A stretch of DNA of 15,693 nt from an uncultured Fibrobacterota bacterium (GTDB lineage: Bacteria > Fibrobacterota > Chitinivibrionia > Chitinivibrionales > FEN-1185), in assembly GCA_963753345.1 (NCBI GenBank), contig CAVWBU010000010.1:1-15693 (forward strand), written 5' to 3'. The stretch's first letter is position 1. Each line of letters starts with the position of its first letter. The position numbers were made by a program, and so were the translations under genes. Below the pieces are notes generated by a model. That model was not told the origin of the DNA and ran no database searches. It worked only from the letters and a program-made list of their open reading frames with translations. Below are positions 1 to 9,099 of the stretch, piece after piece.

Positions 1-21
1 AATATTTATATCAGGTTTCCC

Positions 22-49
22 TTGACTCCAGCCGCACTTATTGTATTAT
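22..49 (+). promoter_or_regulatory. Candidate sigma70 promoter for the GT2-deacetylase gene
   Basis: TTGACT (22-27), 16-nt spacer, TATTAT (44-49) in AT-rich DNA upstream of the ATG at 166, which has a GAGGGGAG RBS-like sequence before it. Confidence 0.45.
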
Positions 50-165
50 TTTATACGGTTGAATGAAATTCCTTTTAATTCCGGTACAGGAGCCGGGTCC
101 TTTCACCTTTTCTTCTTTATCAGTTTTTCAGTAGCAACAGCCTGAACACAGAGGGGAGAGAATCA

Positions 166-1646
166 ATGAAGAAACATCCTTGGTTTTCCATAGTTGTGCC
201 CGCGTACAACGAAGAGGACCTGATCGCGGCCTGTATTTCTTCGCTTAAACAGCAGGATTACAACGGCGAATTTGAAATAATCGTTGTGAACAACGCTTCC
301 ACGGACCGCACCCGGGCTATCGCACAATCCATGGGTGTAACGGTGGTGGTGGACAAGAAAAATATAGGCAGGGATATGTTCACGCGCTAAGGGCCGGGTT
401 CTCAGAGGCGTGCGGGGATATCATCGCCTACACCGACGGCGACACCATGGCCCCGCCCTGCTGGATTTCCAAACTCGTATTCAACCTTTCGAAGCCCGGG
501 GTCGTGGCATGCAGCGGCGCGTTCACCTTCCACGACGGCCCCATTCTTGTAAAGCTTATGGGAGAGGTGGGGGGACGTTTGAACTATCATCTTGCCGGCG
601 CCAATATGGCCCTGTGGCGCTCCGTATATCTGGCAAGCGGCGGTTTCAATCCCGAGGTAAATTTGGGAGTCGACGTTGAGCTTGGCCTGCGAATCAAGCG
701 CTTCGGCAGAGTCCTTATCGACAGGAAAATAATAGTGAAAACATCGGGACGAAGGTTTCAATTCGCCTTTTTCCAGACCTTGTACCGTTATTACCTCAAC
801 GATCTCTCGCTGTATCTCCTGAAACGGCCGGTTTTCTACGATTTTCCCAACATCAGGCGGGCGCAATATGCCGCCGCTTCGCGTTTTCCCTTCATGAAAT
901 ATGCGGTTGCCGCCTGCGCCGTCGCGTGCTTTCTCTTTGTCACCGAAAACACGGAGAACAGGCTGTTCGGGTCGGTGTTCGCCCACGGTCTGCAAAACAA
1001 GCCGCTGGTGGCGCTCACCTTTGACGACGGCCCCAGCGCCTACACCCGGGAGATTCTCGACACGCTTTCCAGATACGACGTACATGCCACGTTTTTCCTG
1101 ATCGGCAAGAACGTGGAGCGTCGCCCGGTCATTGCCAGGCGGATCGTGCAGGACGGTAATGTGGTGGGAAACCACACCTATTCGCACCCCTTCTGGGCCC
1201 CGGTTGAAACGCCGGACAGGATAAACGCAGAAATCGACAAGGCTACCGCCGCCATTCGCATTGCGTGCGGCGTTGTTCCCGAATACTTCCGGCCCCCGCA
1301 CGGCTGGCGCAGCCCGTGGATGATGGGGCTTGCAAGAAAAGACCACTACACCGTGGTCACATGGACCGTATCTCCCGACGACTGGCAGAAAGTGAGCGCC
1401 AGGACAATCGAACAGCGCGTGCTTTCAAAGACGCGCGCCGGATCAATCATCCTGCTGCACGACGGCCTCGAAACCAGGCCCAACCCGCAGTGCGCGAGCA
1501 CCGTGCAGGCCCTTCCAGCCATCATCCGCGATCTCAAGGCGCGCGGCTATTCCTTTGTGACGGTCCCCGAACTCATACGCGCTTCCAAAGAATCCGTTCC
1601 CCAGACGCTCTCCCGCTTTTCAAATGCTCCGACGCCGGTAGAATAA
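166..1646 (+). CDS. Family 2 glycosyltransferase fused to a NodB-type polysaccharide deacetylase; reading frame interrupted at ~352-362
   Basis: ORF 166-390 has GT2 N-terminal motifs (SIVVPAYNEE, IIVVNNASTDRT). The frame of ORF 447-1646 extends upstream as QGYVHALRAGFSEACGDIIAYTDGD (DxD motif), followed by GANMA, a hydrophobic segment and deacetylase motifs TFDDGP, HTYSH, FRPPHG, LLHDG. Confidence 0.85.
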
Positions 1647-1667
1647 ATATTAAAAAATGAGAAAAAA

Positions 1668-1831
1668 TGGGCGCTCCCCCTTGTAGAGCCACACGGCTGT
1701 CCGGCTCTACAAGGGGTCGGTCTCCCTTCGGGCTCGGCTATTCGCCTCGTTGCCGGACCGCTCTAGTGGCCTCCGGCGAGGGGTCGGCCGGCAATTCGCT
1801 CTGGCTCACCCTCCGGTCCACCTAACGCGGC
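1668..1831 (+). repeat. Dispersed structured repeat, module A, copy 1
   Basis: Starts TGGGCG; shares GGGCTCGGC..GCCTCGTTG..GGCAAT..CACCCTCCGGTCCACCTA with the copies at 5241 and 9100 and the 3' part with the minus-strand copy at 15644. Confidence 0.9.
1677..1716. repeat. GTAG-type REP-like palindrome nested in module A
   Basis: CCCCTTGTAGAGCC-N12-GGCTCTACAAGGGG, 14-bp inverted arms. Confidence 0.7.
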
Positions 1832-1925
1832 TAGTAAGTCACTCGCCTAATCCAACCAAAGATGCGGTTTACAAATGGGAAACTATTAGTGGGGAAAAAT
1901 AGGATTGGCAGCAATCCTCTGCGCC

Positions 1926-2126
1926 GCGCCAGGCAGGAACGGAAAATTGGTCCCGCTTGAGGCGGGATGCCGCCCGGACCCGCCTTTTGTAGAGACGCAG
2001 CGGCGCTGCGTCTCTACAAAAGGAATAGGGCCGAGGCGGCCCGAGGCCGAAGGCCGACGACCCTTGGAAGCACCCGAAGGGGTGGACCGGAAGGACGGCC
2101 GCCGCGGCGAAGCAGCGGGGCGCCCA
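1926..2126 (-). repeat. Dispersed structured repeat, module A' variant, inverted relative to copy 1
   Basis: Shares GCGCCAGGC..TGGTCCCGC..GCGGGAT..GCCG and terminal GGCGCCCAGAT with 12565-12701; the minus strand starts TGGGCG and contains CCGGTCCACC and TCGGCCTTCGGCCTCG as in module A. Confidence 0.8.
1983..2023. repeat. Perfect 20-bp inverted repeat, GTAG-type REP-like
   Basis: CCTTTTGTAGAGACGCAGCG-G-CGCTGCGTCTCTACAAAAGG. Confidence 0.8.
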
Positions 2127-2203
2127 GATCTTGTCTTGAGTTTTTAAGCAGGCTGCACCTCCCCCGCTCAAATATTCCTGATTTAATTTATATTAGCGAC
2201 CCC

Positions 2204-3754
2204 TTATTTCTCTCCAGTATACTCTCGAATTATCTCCAAACTTCTCTCCCTCTCCCCTGCAATCTTTTCCACCGAGAGCGAATACGCGTGCATGGTCATC
2301 AGGAAGACAACCGCGCGTTCCGGCGCGACGGTCTTTGCGCGGACCAGCGAAAACAGATACAGTAGCAGCCGGCGCCGCCATTTATCATTTGTTAATAAAT
2401 ACGCCCGTACAAGCAGGATGCTGAACCTGACCTTGTCGGCGAACGAAACCTCGGAGTCCTTCTTCGCACCGGCAAAATGCCCGGACGAAAAAAGGGACCG
2501 CGCCTTATGGTACACGGCGTCGAACCCGTACATCTTTTGCAACGCATCAACGAAGGCATTATACTGCGTCACGGGACCGATTGACGGGTGCCGTATCGAG
2601 GGGTACAGGCCGCCGTTGATTTCGGGGGGGATGGGGTACAGCCTCCCCTCTTTCTTCACGCGATCCTCGAGGCGCGTACCGGGGGCCGCGGCGACGAAAC
2701 TGAGCGATAGAAAAGGAAGGGGCGCATCGAGGCTTAACCGGTTGAGCCGTTCCAAATCGTCCAGCGTGTCGTTGTCAAGACCGAACATGAACGTGGCCTG
2801 CACGTGGATGCCGGCCGCGTTGATTGTTTGCACAGCCTCCTTGTAGTCCCTGCGGAGGTTGTGGAGTTTTTCCACGTCCTTGAGATTCGCGCTGTTGAGC
2901 GATTCGAATCCGATAAGAATGTTTTCGCATCCTGCTGCGGCCATTGCCCTAAGTAGCGGCGCGTCGTCGGCGATGTCGATGCTGGCCTGGCAGAACCAGG
3001 TGATGCCCGTTCCCGCAAGTCCCTGCATGAGGTCCCGCGCAAACCCGCGGTTTATCGAAATATTGTCGTCAACAAAGAAGACCCGCTTCAACGGGAGCGA
3101 GGCCACTTCTGCGACCACGTTGTCGATGTCCCGCACGCGCACTGCGCGGCCGTAGGTGGCGCTCACGTTGCAGAATTCGCAATTGTAAGGGCACCCGCGC
3201 GACGCCTGCACGGGCAGCGACAGGTACTTGCGGGTGTCGAACAGGTCCCAGCGCGGCAGCACCGCCCTGGCATAGGGAATAAGGCCTTCGGACGAATAGA
3301 CTTTTTGCAAAGCTCCCCGCCCGAAATCGTCGAGCAGGCCGGGCCAGACACCCTCGGCCTCGCCCACGACCACGGCATCGGCGTGCGCCAGCGCCGCCTC
3401 CACCGTTGTCGCCGTGATATGCGGCCCGCCAAAAACGACCTTTGTTCCCTCCGCCCTGAAGCGGTCAGCCAGACCGTAGGCCCGGACCGACGCCGGCGTC
3501 ACCACCTTGATTCCCGCCAGTTTCGCTTTCACGGCGCGAGGGGCGAGGGGCATAACGTCCTCGTCCCACACCATCGTCGAGTAGGTGTCCGGCGTGAGCG
3601 CGGCGAGCAGCGCAAGCGACAGCGGGGCCAGGCTGTTTTTTTTGCGCATCAGCCGCACGAGTTCGGGCTGGGTGAAATAGTGGTTGTACGGATGAAGGGG
3701 GTTTACAAACAGTATATCGCTTGACCGGGCTGCAAATGCGTTGCGGTGCCGCAT
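2204..3754 (-). CDS. B12-binding-domain radical SAM protein (class B methyltransferase-like)
   Basis: N-terminal cobalamin-binding-type motifs (PLSLALLAALTP, VVFGGPH, VVVGEAEG), CxxxCxxC in SRGCPYNCEFC, FFVDDN, IGFES. ATG at 3754 has GGAG 6 nt upstream; the ORF is open to 3772. Confidence 0.9.
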   Translation of the reverse strand: MRHRNAFAARSSDILFVNPLHPYNHYFTQPELVRLMRKKNSLAPLSLALLAALTPDTYSTMVWDEDVMPLAPRAVKAKLAGIKVVTPASVRAYGLADRFRAEGTKVVFGGPHITATTVEAALAHADAVVVGEAEGVWPGLLDDFGRGALQKVYSSEGLIPYARAVLPRWDLFDTRKYLSLPVQASRGCPYNCEFCNVSATYGRAVRVRDIDNVVAEVASLPLKRVFFVDDNISINRGFARDLMQGLAGTGITWFCQASIDIADDAPLLRAMAAAGCENILIGFESLNSANLKDVEKLHNLRRDYKEAVQTINAAGIHVQATFMFGLDNDTLDDLERLNRLSLDAPLPFLSLSFVAAAPGTRLEDRVKKEGRLYPIPPEINGGLYPSIRHPSIGPVTQYNAFVDALQKMYGFDAVYHKARSLFSSGHFAGAKKDSEVSFADKVRFSILLVRAYLLTNDKWRRRLLLYLFSLVRAKTVAPERAVVFLMTMHAYSLSVEKIAGERERSLEIIREYTGEK

Positions 3755-3822
3755 AATCGACTCCATCCTCAATCATTGTACCTTTTGATACCCCATTGCA
3801 GCCTTGCCGAGCACGTCCAACG

Positions 3823-5206
3823 TCATCGCTGAAAGAATTTCTTCACCTCGTCGAACACGTTGTGGACCGCCCGGTCGGTGATGGTCCTGTCGATGTCGAT
3901 GGCCGGGTTTGCAAGCGTTCCGTGCACCGTACACGAAAAAGATTTCTTCCCGTCGGACTCGTCATCGAGCGACTTGGCTATCACGGGGTGGAGCTCTTTT
4001 ACGAGGTCGGACGCAATGATGCCCTTCATTTTTTCCGAGAACCGGCCGTCGAACCCCACCCAGCCATCGGCGCGCGCTTCGAGCGGATAACCGTCGCCGG
4101 AAATGTCCGGCGTGAATATCCTGCCGCCGCGGATGTCCAGACTTGTGCCGAGCTTTTTGAACGTGATGTTCCGTAGCTGCGGCACGGCGACATACACAAT
4201 GATGCCGCTCTGCAGCGGCAGGTCGCGCACCGAAACGTCGGTCATGCGGAAAAAACCCGAGCCCCGCATCGAATCGGCCGCAAGCGCGCTGCGCGCGAGC
4301 TCGATCTCGCCGTCCACGCGGCCGTCGCATTGCCCACGGCGGATCGCGCATGCCGCGTACAGTTTGGAAAGGTTGACATGAGATAATTCCAGCTTGAACC
4401 GCTCCAGCGTGCCTGCGCCGACGTCGGCCGCGCCCGAAGCGGCCACGGTCCCGCCGCAAAAATCACCCCTGCATCGATCAAGCGTCACCGCGCCATCCGA
4501 CACCCTCGCCGATGCGCGCACACCGGTGATGTTCCACATGCCGTTAAGGGTGAGCGTGTCCGCCGAAAGCCTGCCCGAAAGCGCAAGCTCCTTCCGGTAG
4601 CTCACGCTCATGTGAACATCGATTCCTTTTCCGTGCAGAAGTTTGTCGCCCTTCTGCGCCAGAGAAACTTCCGCATCATCGAGAGAAATGTTCTGCACCG
4701 CGACCGAAAAGGGAATTTCGGACAGCGCCGAGCGAAGGTCTTGGTTGGAAAACGGCTGCACCGGCCGCGTCTGTGCAGGCAAGGACGGCGGAAGGGTCAC
4801 CGCGATTTGCGGCCGCTCGACGACAAAGTCCTTGATCACCACAAACCTGAACAGAAGCGGCAGCAGCCGGTATGCAAGGCGGATTCGCGGGATTTTTGCG
4901 GAGAACGTTCACCGGCGCGTCCTTCCCGGCGACATCCATGCCGTCTATGGAAAATCCGAACCACGGCCTCAGCGAAACTTTCTGCACCGAGCAGGTGGAA
5001 ACGCCGGCCTTCACAAAAGCGCGTTCTGCGCTGCGCCGAAGGTTGTCGCACGAAAAAGGAACAAACCCCGCCGCAATGACGACAAACAACGGTATGCCGA
5101 GCCATACCAGAAGCTTTTTGACGAGATTCCTATGGCGCGAAAGGAATATCTCGACGGTACGTTTGTAGAATCCGTCAAGGTGTCTGGGGCGGGTGAAGAG
5201 ATTCAT
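3823..5206 (-). CDS. AsmA-like membrane-anchored protein; frameshifted at ~4903-4905
   Basis: N-terminal TM segment (KKLLVWLGIPLFVVIAAGF). Removing one base joins VNV to SAKIPRIRLAYRLLPLLFRFVVIKDFVVERPQI, a typical AsmA N-terminal pattern; beta-rich C-terminus ending VHGTLANPAI. Confidence 0.7.
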
Positions 5207-5240
5207 AGTAATATATTTTCGTCAATTCAAAAGAAAGAGT

Positions 5241-5654
5241 TGGGCGTTCCCCCATGTAGAGCCGCACGGCCGTGCGGTTCTACATGGGGTCGGTCTCCCT
5301 GCGGGCTCGGCCTTCGGCCTCGTTGTCGCCTGCCACGATGGCCCTTCGGGCCGTGGTCAGGCGGCAATGCGCTCCGGCGCACCCTCCGGTCCACCTAGCG
5401 CGCGGCATAGGAAATCTATTCTGTCAATATATTTATCTTGCGCCAATCAGAATCCTAAGAAAAAAAAGTCAACGCGTCTTTTTTAAACTTTTCATCTATT
5501 CAACCTCTTCCTTGCCACAACTCTCCTCGGGTGCCCCCACACAGGGGCTAGATTCTTGCAACCACACCATCAAGGGGTGCACCCAGGAGGGGGTAGCGCA
5601 GGACACCGCAGGCCGAAGGCCGAGGAGGCCGTAGCGAGGGGGATACTTCCCCCT
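5241..5654 (+). repeat. Complete composite repeat (module A 5241-5406, spacer, module B 5526-5654), copy 2
   Basis: Colinear with 9100-9478 and with the reverse complement of 15383-15693; invariant blocks CACCCTCCGGTCCACCTA (5380-5397) and GGGGTGCACCCAGGAGGGGGT (5574-5594). Confidence 0.92.
5250..5289. repeat. GTAG-type REP-like palindrome nested in module A
   Basis: CCCCATGTAGAGCCGCACGG|CCGTGCGGTTCTACATGGGG, 40-nt palindrome with one mismatch. Confidence 0.75.
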
Positions 5655-5777
5655 ATAGATGCTCCTTTATCTCGTGCAAAGTCCTTGCGTACATACTCAT
5701 TCTTAAGTAATGTATTTTTATTGACCGGAAGTTCATGACTCTCATCAAAAATAGTTTTCGCTCAGCCAGGTCTTTGT

Positions 5778-7190
5778 ATGGCATCGACGCCACCCAAAAA
5801 GAACGTCCTCTTTGTCTCACTCAACGCGCTGTCGAAAACCGCGGACGCCGACGAGGGCGCGCTGGCGGGGTTCCGCGTGATCGAGGCGCGCTCCCCGGCG
5901 CAGGCGCTGTCGATGCTGGAGCATGAGAAGATCGACATCGTGTTTCTTGACATAGAGGGAATGCCGGCCCAGGAAATGGACCTCGCCCATTACCTCAAGA
6001 CGCGGTCGCCGCATTCCGAGATCGTGGTGCTTGCCACCATCAACGAGCTCGACGCCGCGGCAAAGGCCCTGCGCAACGGCGCGTCGTTCTACCTCATGAA
6101 GCCCGTTCGGCCCGCCGACATGAAGGCCGCGGCCGACAAGCTTTCGGCAAAGGTCGACAACCAGGAGGAGTACCGCGAGCTCGAACAGCGCCTGCTCACC
6201 GACCTCATGTCGGGCAGCCCCGCCATGCAGAAGATCCTGCGTCTGGCCATGAAGATCGCTCCTACGTCGTCAACCGTGCTCATCTGCGGGGAAAGCGGCA
6301 CGGGCAAGGAATTCTTCGCGCGGATCATCCACCACATGTCCCGCAGGACCGACGGCAAATTCGTAGCCGTCAACTGCGGCGCGATACCGGACACGCTGTT
6401 CGAGAGCGAGTTGTTCGGCCACGTAAGGGGCTCCTTTACCGGCGCGGACCGCGACCGCGTCGGCCTTGTCGAGGAGGCGCACCTGGGAACGCTTTTTCTC
6501 GACGAAGTCGCGGAACTGTCGCCGTCGGCGCAGGTGAAACTCCTCAGGTTCCTTCAGGAGCGAACGTTCAAGCGCATCGGCGAAAACACGCAGCGCGGCG
6601 TAAACGTCCGCATCATCGCGGCCTCAAACAAGGACCTGTCGTCCCTCGTGGCGGAAAAGAAATTCCGCGAAGACCTGTTCTACCGGATTAACGTTTTCTG
6701 CCTCAATCTGCCGCCGCTCCGCGACCGCAAGGAGACCATTCCCAATCTCATCAAGCTGTTCATGCACCGGAACAGCGAGCAGATCGAGAAGAATATCACC
6801 AGGATTTCGCCCGCAGCCGAGGCCCTGCTTGCCAATTACGACTATCCGGGCAACGTGCGCGAGCTGGAGAACATCATCGAGCACGCCATCGTTCTCTCGG
6901 AGAACGGCGAAATCACGGAGAAGGACCTGCCCGAATTCATGTTCAAAAACAGGCTGCTGCTCGAAGGCCCGCGCAGGCCGTTTTCCATGGCCGGCGGCGA
7001 CGCGGCGGGCATTATCACGCTCAAGGACCTGGAGCGCGATTACCTGCGGCAGGCCCTCGAAACCATGCGGCACAACTACTCAGAAACCGCAAAGAAGCTC
7101 GGCATCTCGAGGTCGACCCTCTGGAGAAAAATAAGGGAATACAAGCTCGACAACCCGGCCTTGACAGAAGGAAGAAAGACCCCCGCATGA
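5778..7190 (+). CDS. Sigma54-dependent Fis-family transcriptional regulator (NtrC-like: receiver, AAA+, HTH)
   Basis: Walker A GESGTGKE, ESELFGHVRGSFTGA, Walker B LFLDE, FREDLFYRIN, YPGNVRELENIIE, C-terminal HTH TAKKLGISRSTLWRK. Confidence 0.95.
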   Translation: MASTPPKKNVLFVSLNALSKTADADEGALAGFRVIEARSPAQALSMLEHEKIDIVFLDIEGMPAQEMDLAHYLKTRSPHSEIVVLATINELDAAAKALRNGASFYLMKPVRPADMKAAADKLSAKVDNQEEYRELEQRLLTDLMSGSPAMQKILRLAMKIAPTSSTVLICGESGTGKEFFARIIHHMSRRTDGKFVAVNCGAIPDTLFESELFGHVRGSFTGADRDRVGLVEEAHLGTLFLDEVAELSPSAQVKLLRFLQERTFKRIGENTQRGVNVRIIAASNKDLSSLVAEKKFREDLFYRINVFCLNLPPLRDRKETIPNLIKLFMHRNSEQIEKNITRISPAAEALLANYDYPGNVRELENIIEHAIVLSENGEITEKDLPEFMFKNRLLLEGPRRPFSMAGGDAAGIITLKDLERDYLRQALETMRHNYSETAKKLGISRSTLWRKIREYKLDNPALTEGRKTPA

Positions 7191-7609
7191 AACCGGCCGA
7201 GAGCCATCTCACCGTCCGCGTGTACTACGAAGACACCGATTGCGGTAACGTGGTGTACTACGCCAACTACCTGCGGTACATGGAGCGCGGCAGGACCGAG
7301 CTTCTGCGGAGCATGGGCTTCGAACTCGACGACCTTCACAAACAGGACACGCAGTTTGTTGTCGCCGAGGCGAACGTGAAATACCACAGCTCCGCGCGGT
7401 ACAACGACGTGCTGGACGTGGCCACCTCGATAGCGGAGCATTCCTCGGTGACCATCACCTTCCACTACGAAATCGCCGACCAGAAGGGCGTGCTCTGCGT
7501 GAGCGGAGACGTTAGAGCTGCGTGCGTGGACCACCACGGAAAAGTGAAGCGGATTCCAAAGGCCGTTATTGACAAACTCATTCAGCACGAGGGCAAGGCA
7601 ATCTCATGA
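7187..7609 (+). CDS. ybgC: YbgC/FadM-family acyl-CoA thioesterase
   Basis: VRVYYEDTDCGNVVYYANYLRYMERGRTE hot-dog-fold signature; ATGA overlap with the upstream gene. Confidence 0.85.
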   Translation: MKPAESHLTVRVYYEDTDCGNVVYYANYLRYMERGRTELLRSMGFELDDLHKQDTQFVVAEANVKYHSSARYNDVLDVATSIAEHSSVTITFHYEIADQKGVLCVSGDVRAACVDHHGKVKRIPKAVIDKLIQHEGKAIS

Positions 7610-8103
7610 CAAAACAGAACCGACGAACTGCTGCGCGCGGCGGCAGGACTCCCGATGCTGCCCCGAGACAGGAAAAGAGAGCATGCGGCGAATGCACTGC
7701 GTGCTGCGAAGGACATTTGGCAGGCCAGGTGTACGGCCATCCTTTTTACCTGGGCCGGCCGTGCCACTATATGAAACCCGGCGGCTGCTCAATTTATCGG
7801 GACCGCCCAATGGAGCCATGCGTGAATTTCAATTGCGTCTGGCTGGCGGAAGATATCCTTCCCGCGTGGTTCAGGCCCGACCAATCAAACGTGATCGTCG
7901 CACGATGCGCGTGGGGGCCTGATAAGGATATGTCCTATCTGAAAGTGACAGAGAGAGGAACAAAGATCGATGCTGTCGTGCTGAACTTCCTTTACATGTA
8001 CCATGTACAGACGGGAATACCCATTTCCGTTCAGGTTGACAGGGGCTGGAGCCACTATGGTCCGCGCGAGTTTGTGGAGGAAATGCTGAGAAATGCGGTG
8101 TGA
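7606..8103 (+). CDS. Cys-cluster protein (CxxCxxCC, YkgJ-like putative Zn/Fe-S binding)
   Basis: RACGECTACCEG..PCHY..GCSIYRDRP..CVNFNCVWL; ATGA overlap with the thioesterase gene. Confidence 0.75.
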   Translation: MTKQNRRTAARGGRTPDAAPRQEKRACGECTACCEGHLAGQVYGHPFYLGRPCHYMKPGGCSIYRDRPMEPCVNFNCVWLAEDILPAWFRPDQSNVIVARCAWGPDKDMSYLKVTERGTKIDAVVLNFLYMYHVQTGIPISVQVDRGWSHYGPREFVEEMLRNAV

Positions 8104-8128
8104 TGACTGACTCTCCACAATATCGACT

Positions 8129-8617
8129 CTATTTTTGCAGACGCACCTCCATTGTATCCCTCGGCTTATCCACTCTGATACTTATCTCCTCAAACCTCGG
8201 CGCACGCAGGCTCACGCGGAACGGCCGTGAAAACGCCATGGGCTCGGTGGGATAGCCGAACAGGTTCGCGTCGAGCGTTCCGTTCGAATTGACATCGTGA
8301 TACACCACGAACGCGTACTCGCCCGGCGCGAGTACGAGCGGCACGAACGCTGCGGACTGGACGCGCGCGCCGTCGCACGCGACGCGCTTGCACACTACGA
8401 AGGAATCGTCCTTCATGTAGTGCGAATCGTTTTTGTAAACCGTCAAATCGATCACGCCGCCGGGTTGCGTCATGCCCGTCACCCGGACAACGAGCGTGTC
8501 TTGCGCTGCCGGCGCGCGTGCCGCAAGAAACAGGACGCCGAGGCAGATCGTTGCAAAATGTTTCATCGTGAGTGCGGATACGGTGCGGACAAAAAAGTTT
8601 GGACGCAGGGCAATCAT
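8129..8617 (-). CDS. DUF2141-family exported protein
   Basis: [33 protein letters not shown] pattern; signal peptide from the alternative ATG at 8566 ([20 protein letters not shown]). Confidence 0.85.
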   Translation of the reverse strand: MIALRPNFFVRTVSALTMKHFATICLGVLFLAARAPAAQDTLVVRVTGMTQPGGVIDLTVYKNDSHYMKDDSFVVCKRVACDGARVQSAAFVPLVLAPGEYAFVVYHDVNSNGTLDANLFGYPTEPMAFSRPFRVSLRAPRFEEISIRVDKPRDTMEVRLQK

Positions 8618-9072
8618 CCGCGCACGTCCTTGGGCAGGCCCGGCATGGCGGCGGCCTCCACGGCAAGCCGGTCGCAGCGCTCGTTCTGGGGATGGCCGGC
8701 ATGGCCGTTCACCCAGGTGAACGCCACCTCATGCTTTGCGCACAAGTCAAGCAGCCGCCGCCACAGGTCGGGGTTGAGCGCGGCCTCTCTCCTGTTGCGC
8801 TTCCATCCGTTGGCGCGCCACTTTGCGGCCCAGCCGTTTCTCATTGCGTCAACAACATACTTTGAATCGGAGACCACGGTCACCCTGCACTGTTCCTTGA
8901 GGGACGAAAGCCCGGCAATGACGGCCATGAGTTCCATGCGGTTATTGGTGGTGTCGGCAAAACCCGCCGACAGTTCCTTTTCGCGGCCGTTGTAGGAGAG
9001 AATAGCGCCCCACCCGCCGGGGCCCGGATTGCCCGAGCATGCGCCGTCGGTGTAGAGAGTGATGTGCTTCAT
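8614..9072 (-). CDS. rnhA: Ribonuclease HI
   Basis: [55 protein letters not shown]. Confidence 0.98.
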   Translation of the reverse strand: MKHITLYTDGACSGNPGPGGWGAILSYNGREKELSAGFADTTNNRMELMAVIAGLSSLKEQCRVTVVSDSKYVVDAMRNGWAAKWRANGWKRNRREAALNPDLWRRLLDLCAKHEVAFTWVNGHAGHPQNERCDRLAVEAAAMPGLPKDVRG

Positions 9073-9099
9073 GATAGTAATTGTAAAGAGAAAAGGAGA

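Noticed and set aside
352-363. Programmed -1 ribosomal frameshift
   Set aside because: G AAA AAT is not a canonical X XXY YYZ slippery heptamer, and three other unrelated frameshifts point to sequence error
1668-1831. tRNA, riboswitch or other known RNA gene
   Set aside because: No tRNA arms or recognisable aptamer consensus, and copies occur at both 5' and 3' gene ends
5297-5352. CTTCGG read as RNA C(UUCG)G tetraloops
   Set aside because: The stem register (GGCC-TTC-GGCC, GGCCC-TTC-GGGCC) gives 3-nt loops, and the TGC/TAC variants fit GNA on the opposite strand
5241-5654. Classical MITE or IS
   Set aside because: No terminal inverted repeats, target-site duplication or transposase ORF visible
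5574-5654. G-quadruplex in module B
   Set aside because: Most G runs have complementary C runs that form conserved stems, and the loops are long and variable
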